A stretch of 15,667 nt of DNA, taken from positions 1 through 15,667 of the forward strand of contig JAWLEP010000055.1 of assembly GCA_041686025.1 (NCBI GenBank), written 5' to 3'. The translations under genes and the position numbers were made by a program. This document shows, one piece after another, positions 7,745 to 13,991 of the stretch; the first letter of the stretch is position 1, and every line of letters begins with the position of its first letter. Under the pieces are notes generated by a model that saw nothing but the letters and a program-made list of their open reading frames with translations, was not told the DNA's origin and made no database searches. The stretch comes from Candidatus Fermentibacteraceae bacterium. GTDB lineage: Bacteria; Fermentibacterota; Fermentibacteria; Fermentibacterales; JCC-6.

Positions 7745-9787
7745 ATGAGATGGCTTACGGTAACGACTGCTGCGCTTTTTGCCCTGACAATGATCGCCGC
7801 GGGCTGCGGCGGCTCCGGCGGGGAGACGGAGCCGGAGGCCGCCGAAGACACCACTGCGGCGGTGGACACCCTTCCCGAGCCCGAGTACGTGGCCTCTCCG
7901 CAGGCCGACAGTCTGATACCGCGGGAGGCGCTCTTCGGCAACCCCGAGCACGTGCTTCCCGAGCTCTCACCGGATGGGGAGAGGATCACCTACATCGCCC
8001 CCGCCGACGGCGTGCTCAACCTCTGGATAATGGACCGCGACGGCTCGGACGGGAGGCAGCTGACCTTCGACGAAGACCGAGGCGTGATCCGATACACCTG
8101 GGCCGAGAACGGCCGCCAGATCCTCTACATGCAGGACGAGGCCGGGGAAGAGAACACCCACGTGTACCTGCTGGACGTGGAGAGCGGCGACGTGCAGGAC
8201 CTCACCCCCTACGACGGGGTGAAGGCCATGATCGACGCCACCGACCGGGACCGGCCCGACCGCGTGCTGATCCAGATGAACCGCGAGAACCCCATGTACT
8301 TCGACGTCTACTCCGCCGACCTCACCACCGGCGAGCTCACCATGGTGCAGGACAATCCCGGAGAGCTGGAGAACGGCGACATGGTCCTGGGCTACATGGC
8401 CGACCGGGACCTGGTGCCCCGGCTGTGCGTATCCATAAGCCCCGAGGACGGCACCCTCACCTACTGGGCCCGGGACAGCGCTGAGGACGACTGGCGGGAG
8501 CTGATGACCGCCTCGCCCCTGGAGGAGGTGTCTCCGCGGGAGTTCAGCGAGGACGGCGACAGCCTCTACGTCACCTCCAACACCGAGACCAACACCACCC
8601 AGCTGTACCGGATGAGCCTGGAGGACGGCGGAAAGACGTGGATCGCCGGCCGGGAGCGGTCCGACGTGGCCGGTGTCTCCTGGAACGACAATACCGGCCG
8701 GCCCAAGGTGGTGTGGTACAACTACTTCATGCGGAGCTACGAGATACTCGACCCCGCCGTAGAGGACGACTACCAGCGCATCTCGGAGTTCCGGGACGCC
8801 CCCTTCTCCATCACCTCCGCCGACCACGCGGACAGCACCTGGATCGTGGCCTACACCACCATACAGAACCCGGCCGAGTACCACCTCTACGACCGCACCA
8901 CGGGTGAGTTCGACTTCCTGTTCACCGCGGTGCCCGAGCTGGAGGATTACGAGATGGCGCCCATGGACACCCTGCACATCATGTCCCGGGACAGCCTGAT
9001 GCTGCCCGCCTACCTGACCCTGCCGCTGGAGGGGGAGGAGCCCCATCCCATGGTGCTGCTGGTCCACGGGGGCCCCTGGGCCCGGGACTGGTACGGCTAC
9101 AACCCCTTCGTGCAGCTGCTGGCGGACCGGGGCTTCGCGGTGCTGCAGGTGCAGTTCCGGGGCTCCACCGGCTTCGGCAAGGAGTTCCTCAACGCCTCCT
9201 ACAAGGAGTGGGGGGCCGCCATGCAGGACGACCTCACCGACGCGGTCCTCTGGGCCATCGAGGAGGGGGTCGCCGACCCGGAGCGGGTGGTGATCATGGG
9301 CGGCTCCTACGGCGGGTACGCCACGCTGGCGGGGGTCACCTTCACCCCGGACCTCTACTGCTGCGGCGTGGACTTCTTCGGCCCCTCCAACCTGGTGACC
9401 TTCCGGGAGAGCGTGCCGCCCTACTGGCGTCCGGCGGACGCCATGATGGACATCCGGGTGGGCAACCTGGAGGAGGAGGCGGAGATGCTGGAGGAGAGGT
9501 CGCCGCTGAACTACGTGGACAGCATCCGGGTGCCCATGCTGGTCGTGCAGGGGGCCAACGACCCGCGGGTGGTGAAGGAGGAGTCCGACCAGATGGTGCG
9601 GGCCCTGCGGGAGTCCGGCAACCCCGTCACCTACGTGGTCTACGAGGACGAGGGCCACGGTTTCGCCCGGGAGCCCAACCGCCTGGACTTCGCAGGCAGG
9701 GTGGAGCAGTTCCTCTACCGGCACGTCCCCGGAGCGGAGGCGCAGATGTTCGGGCCGGTGGAGGAGGCCAGCTCGCACCTGGAGTAG
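7745..9787 (+). CDS. S9 family (S9C, acylaminoacyl/dipeptidyl peptidase-like) serine peptidase, predicted lipoprotein, 680 aa
   Basis: N-terminal beta-propeller repeats (LSPDG, TWAENG), [13 protein letters not shown], nucleophile GGSYGG, Asp in GANDPRV and His in DEGHGF. Start placed at ATG 7745 after GGAGGT (7730-7735). Signal peptide ends in a lipobox (IAAG-C) followed by an acidic linker. Confidence 0.93.
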   Translation: MRWLTVTTAALFALTMIAAGCGGSGGETEPEAAEDTTAAVDTLPEPEYVASPQADSLIPREALFGNPEHVLPELSPDGERITYIAPADGVLNLWIMDRDGSDGRQLTFDEDRGVIRYTWAENGRQILYMQDEAGEENTHVYLLDVESGDVQDLTPYDGVKAMIDATDRDRPDRVLIQMNRENPMYFDVYSADLTTGELTMVQDNPGELENGDMVLGYMADRDLVPRLCVSISPEDGTLTYWARDSAEDDWRELMTASPLEEVSPREFSEDGDSLYVTSNTETNTTQLYRMSLEDGGKTWIAGRERSDVAGVSWNDNTGRPKVVWYNYFMRSYEILDPAVEDDYQRISEFRDAPFSITSADHADSTWIVAYTTIQNPAEYHLYDRTTGEFDFLFTAVPELEDYEMAPMDTLHIMSRDSLMLPAYLTLPLEGEEPHPMVLLVHGGPWARDWYGYNPFVQLLADRGFAVLQVQFRGSTGFGKEFLNASYKEWGAAMQDDLTDAVLWAIEEGVADPERVVIMGGSYGGYATLAGVTFTPDLYCCGVDFFGPSNLVTFRESVPPYWRPADAMMDIRVGNLEEEAEMLEERSPLNYVDSIRVPMLVVQGANDPRVVKEESDQMVRALRESGNPVTYVVYEDEGHGFAREPNRLDFAGRVEQFLYRHVPGAEAQMFGPVEEASSHLE

Positions 9788-9795
9788 GGGAGGCC

Positions 9796-10320
9796 ATGCA
9801 GGGACGTCTGCAGGTATACACGGGGAACGGCAAGGGCAAGACCACCGCCGCCCTGGGGCTGGCGGTGCGGGCGGCCTGCGCCGGCCTGCGGGTCTACATA
9901 GGCCAGTTCATGAAGGGCACCGACTACAGCGAGCTCTGCCTTCCCCGTCTGCTTCCCGGCATGGTGGAGATGGAACAGTACGGAACCCCGCGGCTAATAT
10001 GCAGGGGAGAGGAGCCCGGCCGGGACGACATAGCTCACGCCCGGGAGGGTCTCCGCAGGCTGGAGAAGGCCCTGATGTCGGGCGGGTACGACCTGGTGGT
10101 GGCCGACGAGCTGGCCGTAGCGGTGCACATGGGCCTGCTCTCCGGGGAGGAGGCCATGAGGGTGGTCGGCGCCAGGCCCCCGGAGGTGGAGATGGTGGTC
10201 ACCGGCAGGTACGCGTTCGAGGCCCTGCTGGAGGCCGCCGACCTGGTCACCGAGATGCGGGAGGTGCGTCACTACTACGCATCGGAGGGTCTGGAGGCCA
10301 GGAAGGGAATCGAGCTCTAG
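9796..10320 (+). CDS. cobO: Cob(I)yrinic acid a,c-diamide / corrinoid adenosyltransferase (CobO/BtuR/CobA family), 174 aa
   Basis: MQGRLQVYTGNGKGKTTAALGLAVRA (family P-loop), QFMKG, YDLVVADEL, EMVVTGR, ADLVTEMREVRHYY, ARKGIE. The true start is ATG 9796 after GGGGAGG; the 9208 start in the ORF track is an upstream extension. Confidence 0.92.
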   Translation: MQGRLQVYTGNGKGKTTAALGLAVRAACAGLRVYIGQFMKGTDYSELCLPRLLPGMVEMEQYGTPRLICRGEEPGRDDIAHAREGLRRLEKALMSGGYDLVVADELAVAVHMGLLSGEEAMRVVGARPPEVEMVVTGRYAFEALLEAADLVTEMREVRHYYASEGLEARKGIEL

Positions 10321-10330
10321 GAGGTAGGAC

Positions 10331-10900
10331 ATGAGATACGCAGCTCTGCTGGCAGGCGTGATTCTGGCGGCGACGGCCACCGCCTCCGACCGGGGGGCCC
10401 TGGACGTGGCCACGGGAGGGGGTGCCTGGATGCCCGGCCTGACCGCCGAGGATTCCGAGCTCTCCGTGGGACCGGACCTGGTGGTGGGCGTGGAGACCCC
10501 CATGGACCAGGGCCACTGCATCGTCCTGCGCACGGGCTACCGGATGGCGGCCAGCAGCCGGGGGGACTGGTCGGGCATTGCCGCGATCCCGCTGACCGTG
10601 GGCTACAGGATCTTCCCCTTCTACCGTCCCTACGCCGGCCCCCGGGGACTGGAGCCCCTCCTGGGCTTCTTCGGCGGCGGCATGCTGGCCTGGGACTCCG
10701 CCGACGAAGACGGCCCCGAGACCACCACCACCGGCGGAGGACTGCTGGGGGTGGAGCTGGGGGCCCGGGTGAAGATGGGCGAGGACCGCTACCTGGACCT
10801 GGTGGTCCGGCCGGAGTACGCGCCCATGGGGTCGGCCCTGGCCGGCGAGGAAGACAAGGACCTCTCCGGGCTCAGCCTGGGCGCCGCCCTGATATTCTGA
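10331..10900 (+). CDS. Exported protein, probable small outer-membrane beta-barrel (OmpW/OmpA-TM-like), 189 aa
   Basis: SD AGGAGG and a signal peptide (MRYAALLAGVILAATATA). Alternating Gly/aromatic beta-strands (IPLTVGYRIFP, PLLGFFGGG, GVELGARV). C-terminal strand ends in Phe (GLSLGAALIF), a BAM-type signal. Confidence 0.7.
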   Translation: MRYAALLAGVILAATATASDRGALDVATGGGAWMPGLTAEDSELSVGPDLVVGVETPMDQGHCIVLRTGYRMAASSRGDWSGIAAIPLTVGYRIFPFYRPYAGPRGLEPLLGFFGGGMLAWDSADEDGPETTTTGGGLLGVELGARVKMGEDRYLDLVVRPEYAPMGSALAGEEDKDLSGLSLGAALIF

Positions 10901-10988
10901 AAAGGGGACGGAGGTATTTTAAATGTGAAATAATATGCCACATCTATGGGCGTATTATTTCACATTTAAAATACCTCCGTCCCCTTTT
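10900..10988. repeat. Perfect 36-bp inverted repeat with a 17-nt spacer; MITE/REP-doublet-like element, possibly also a bidirectional terminator
   Basis: Left arm 10900-10935, AAAAGGGGACGGAGGTATTTTAAATGTGAAATAATA, is the exact reverse complement of 10953-10988. It is AT-rich relative to the flanks and lies between convergent genes. Confidence 0.9.
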
Positions 10989-12025
10989 AGGAGGGAGGCC
11001 CCCAGCTGACCGCAGGCGGCGGCCACCTCCCGGCCCCGCGAGCGGCGGACGGTGACCGCGGGGCACCGGGGGTAGAGGTACTCGGCAAAGGAGTCCACGG
11101 CCTCCTCCGACGGCCTCTGCCAGTCCAGGCCCTCCACCGGGTTGTAGACGATCAGGTTGATCTTGCAGGGGAGGCCGGAGGCGAACCGCGCCAGGGCCTC
11201 CGCCTCCTCCCGGGAGTCGTTCACCCCGCCGATGAGGCAGTACTCCAGCGTCACCCGCCGGCCCTTCTCCCTGGCGTAGTCCAGAAGAGCGCTTCTCACT
11301 TCGTCCAGCCGCCACCTGCGGGCCGCGGGCACGAGCCTCTCCCTGGTCTCCTGCAGGGCGCTGTGCAGCGACAGGGCCAGGCCGAAGGCACCCTCCAGGC
11401 TCTGCAGCCGGTGAATGCCCTCCGGTATGCCCACAGTGGAGACGGTGATCTTTCGCGCACCTATGCATATGCCCATGTCGTCGGTGATGATTGACAGGGC
11501 GTCTTCCACAGCGGGGAGATTGTCCAGCGGCTCGCCCATCCCCATCAGGACCACGTTGGATATCCGTCTGTCCGCGATCTCCTGCAGGGCGTAGAGCTGG
11601 GCCACCACCTCGTCCGCCCCCAGGTTGCGGCGGAAGCCCGCAGCCCCGGTCTGGCAGAAGGTGCAGCCCATCCTGCACCCCACCTGCACCGACAGGCAGG
11701 CGGTGAGCCTGTCGGGCTCGGGGATCATCACCGCCTCCACGGGAGCCCCGTCCTCCATCTTCAGGAGCAGCTTCACCGTCCCGTCGGAGGCCTCCAGCCG
11801 CCCGGCCTCCCCCGGAAGAGTCAGCCGCTCCATCTCCGAGAGCAGCCTGCGGGCGTCCCCGGCGATGTTGGTCATCTCCGCGAAGGACCGCACCCGCCTG
11901 CCGTGCATCCAGGAGAAGACCTGGTCCCCGCGGAACCCCCTGAAGCCGTAGCTCTCCTGCAGGTACTCCCGCAGGTCGGCCCTGGGCAGGGCCATGATCT
12001 TCGGGCTGCCGCTCATGGAACGCAT
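10955..12025 (-). CDS. rlmN: Dual-specificity 23S rRNA (A2503-C2)/tRNA methyltransferase RlmN, radical SAM
   Basis: DGTVKLL, VEAVMIP, CLSVQVGCRMGCTFCQTG (CxxxCxxC), NVVLMGMGEPLDN, RKITVSTVG, LALSLHS, EYCLIGGVNDS, INLIVYN and RRSRGREVAAACGQL. Start is 12025 or 12016. Confidence 0.95.
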   Translation of the reverse strand: MRSMSGSPKIMALPRADLREYLQESYGFRGFRGDQVFSWMHGRRVRSFAEMTNIAGDARRLLSEMERLTLPGEAGRLEASDGTVKLLLKMEDGAPVEAVMIPEPDRLTACLSVQVGCRMGCTFCQTGAAGFRRNLGADEVVAQLYALQEIADRRISNVVLMGMGEPLDNLPAVEDALSIITDDMGICIGARKITVSTVGIPEGIHRLQSLEGAFGLALSLHSALQETRERLVPAARRWRLDEVRSALLDYAREKGRRVTLEYCLIGGVNDSREEAEALARFASGLPCKINLIVYNPVEGLDWQRPSEEAVDSFAEYLYPRCPAVTVRRSRGREVAAACGQLGASLLKGDGGILNVK

Positions 12026-12047
12026 CGCCTTCCTTTCCCCCGTTTAC

Positions 12048-12066
12048 GGGTTACCTATATTAACCC
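12048..12066. promoter_or_regulatory. Dyad GGGTTA-N7-TAACCC overlapping a TATATT -10-like hexamer in the rlmN/mtnP divergent region
   Basis: GGGTTA at 12048-12053 and TAACCC at 12061-12066 are reverse complements. TATATT lies at 12056-12061. Confidence 0.4.
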
Positions 12067-12088
12067 AGACTCGAAGGACGGACAAAAA

Positions 12089-12139
12089 GCGGAAAGAGCT
12101 AGGAGGCGGAAGGAGCTAGGAGGCGGAAGGAGCTAGGGG
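12089..12139 (+). repeat. Tandem repeat, 3 x 17 nt, GCGGAA(A/G)GAGCTAGG(A/G)G
   Basis: Copies at 12089-12105, 12106-12122 and 12123-12139, each within one mismatch of the consensus. The array ends 5 nt before the mtnP ATG. Confidence 0.9.
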
Positions 12140-12144
12140 GAGGC

Positions 12145-13005
12145 ATGGCAGACAGGATCGGCATCATCGGGGGCTCCGGGCTTTACAGCATCAGGGACGT
12201 GGAGACGGAGGAGGTGGTGGAGCCCAGGACCCCGTTCGGAAGCCCTTCGGGCCCCATCACCCTGGGAAGGCTGGGTGACACGGGCGTGGCGTTCCTTCCC
12301 CGTCACGGGGTAGGCCACCGCCTGATGCCCTCTGAGGTGCCCTTCGCGGCCAACATCTACGCGCTGAAGAGAGAGGGAGTGCGGACCATCATAGCGGTCT
12401 CGGCGGTGGGAAGCATGCGCGAGGACCTGAAGCCCAGGCACTTCGTGGTCCCCGACCAGCTCTACGACCGCACCAAGGGCATCCGGCGGCACACCTTCTT
12501 CGGCGACGGCGTGGTGGGACACATCGGTTTTGCGGATCCCTTCTGCGGGAACGTCCGCCGGGTGCTTCTGGAGTCCGCCGGGGAGGCGGGGGCCACCACC
12601 CATGACGGCGGCACCTACGTCTGCATAGAGGGCCCGCAGTTCTCCACGAAGGCCGAGAGCAGGGCGTACCGGGCCATGGGCGTTGACGTCATCGGCATGA
12701 CCGCCATCCCCGAGGCCAAGCTGGCCCGGGAGGCGGGCATATGCTACGCCACCCTGGCCATGGTCACCGACTACGACGTCTGGCACGAGTCCGAGGGAGA
12801 GGTGACCGTGGAGATGGTCATGGCCAACATGCGCCACAACGTGAAGCTGGCCAGGGCCACGCTGCACGGGGCCCTGGAGAGGCTGGCGGCGGCCGATCTC
12901 AGCGGCTGCTCCTGCCGGGGCGCGGGAGCCGGGGCGATGATCACCCCGGAGGACGCCAGGGACCCGGAGACGCTTCGGAAGCTCCAGATCGTGCTGGAGG
13001 AGTGA
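12145..13005 (+). CDS. mtnP: S-methyl-5'-thioadenosine phosphorylase (MTAP)
   Basis: IGIIGGSGLY, TPFGSPS, FLPRHG, ANIYALK, AVGSM, PDQLYDRT, EGPQFSTKAES, DVIGMT, PEAKLAREAGICYA and the MTAP-type VTDYD motif. Confidence 0.95.
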   Translation: MADRIGIIGGSGLYSIRDVETEEVVEPRTPFGSPSGPITLGRLGDTGVAFLPRHGVGHRLMPSEVPFAANIYALKREGVRTIIAVSAVGSMREDLKPRHFVVPDQLYDRTKGIRRHTFFGDGVVGHIGFADPFCGNVRRVLLESAGEAGATTHDGGTYVCIEGPQFSTKAESRAYRAMGVDVIGMTAIPEAKLAREAGICYATLAMVTDYDVWHESEGEVTVEMVMANMRHNVKLARATLHGALERLAAADLSGCSCRGAGAGAMITPEDARDPETLRKLQIVLEE

Positions 13006-13991
13006 TGGAGAGCCTTACCGTAAGCGACCTGGGTGAGCGCAGGCTCATAGCCCGGCTCCGGGAGAGGTTCCCGGGTCTGGCCCTCACCGGCGACGACGCG
13101 GCGGCGCTGGAGCTGCTGCAGCTGCCGGTGGTTACCACGGACAGCTTCTACGAGACCACCCACTTCTACCTCTGGTGGGCTCCCGCCAGGGTGCTGGGAA
13201 GGAGGCTCCTGGAGGCCGCCCTCTCCGACCTGGCCGCCATGGGCGCCCGGCCCGGCTGGAGCCTCATCGCCCTGACCCTGCCCGACAGGACCGACGTGGA
13301 GTGGCTGGAGAGCCTCTACGAGGGATTCCTGGGCCGGGAGGACTGCGTGATGGCCGGGGGCGAGATAGTCAGCGGCGAGCGGCTGGGGGTCACCATCACC
13401 GCCATCGGGGAGGGGGCGGGAGAGGGCGATCTTCTGCGGCGGTCGGCCCTTCGCCCCGGCGACGGACTGTGGGTCACCGGGAGGATCGGGCGGGCCCTGG
13501 GGGCGCCGAAGCTCATCGAGGAGACGGAGCAGCTGAGGGGCCCCGAGCTCAAGCCCACCGTGGACGCCCTGGACCAGCACCAGCTGGAGCAGATCCGGGC
13601 CTTCCTCCGGCCCAGGGCCCACTTCCGGGAGGGGCAGATGCTGCGGCGCCTCGGCGTCCGGTGTGCCATCGACATCTCCGACGGCCTGCTGTCCGAGGCC
13701 GGTCACCTGGCCCGGGAGAGCGGGGTGGACGTGCAGCTGGAGCTGGAGGGGGTGCCCTTCTTCGAGTCGGTGGCCGACAGGCCGCTTGCGGCCTGCGCCG
13801 CCGGTGAGGACTTCGTCCTGCTCTTCGGCTGCCCCGATTCCGTGGACCTCTCCGGGACCGGATTCTACCGCGTGGGCAGAGCCTCGAAGGGTTCGGGGGC
13901 GGTAACCGTGACCCGGAGCGGGGAGAGGGTGGAGTTCTCCTCCCGGGGCTACGACCATCTGGCCGGCAGTCCGGGTCCGACCGGCCCCTAG
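13005..13991 (+). CDS. thiL: Thiamine-monophosphate kinase, 328 aa
   Basis: Starts at ATG 13005, overlapping the mtnP stop (TGATG). Motifs GERRLI, GDDAA, TTD...HF, LSDLAAMGARP, VTGRIG, IDISDGL, GEDFVL and C-terminal GYDH. Confidence 0.85.
   Translation: MESLTVSDLGERRLIARLRERFPGLALTGDDAAALELLQLPVVTTDSFYETTHFYLWWAPARVLGRRLLEAALSDLAAMGARPGWSLIALTLPDRTDVEWLESLYEGFLGREDCVMAGGEIVSGERLGVTITAIGEGAGEGDLLRRSALRPGDGLWVTGRIGRALGAPKLIEETEQLRGPELKPTVDALDQHQLEQIRAFLRPRAHFREGQMLRRLGVRCAIDISDGLLSEAGHLARESGVDVQLELEGVPFFESVADRPLAACAAGEDFVLLFGCPDSVDLSGTGFYRVGRASKGSGAVTVTRSGERVEFSSRGYDHLAGSPGPTGP

Noticed and set aside
7967..9778. Long antisense and alternate-frame ORFs (e.g. 7967-9778, 5725-7122, 4625-5764, 12771-13958, 907-1707)
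   Set aside because: These are shadow ORFs expected from high-GC codon bias. They overlap well-supported genes and show no family motifs.
9208..9795. 370-aa ORF 9208-10320 as a fusion protein
   Set aside because: The upstream part is an alternative frame inside the S9 gene with low-complexity Gly/Arg/Pro composition. CobO homology begins at ATG 9796.
10921..10967. CRP-like half-sites AAATGTGA ... TCACATTT within the long inverted repeat
   Set aside because: The half-sites are 31 nt apart instead of 6 and lie between convergent gene ends, not in a promoter.
10900..10988. dif site or CRISPR repeat interpretation of the inverted repeat
   Set aside because: There is no XerD arm (TTATGTTAAAT-like). 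The two copies are inverted rather than direct, and there is no spacer array or cas gene.
12089..12139. Mini-CRISPR interpretation of the 17-nt repeats
   Set aside because: The units are head-to-tail with no spacers and are too short.
12741..13004. N-terminal extension of thiL from 12741
   Set aside because: It is an off-frame overlap with mtnP. The ThiL motifs start at ATG 13005.
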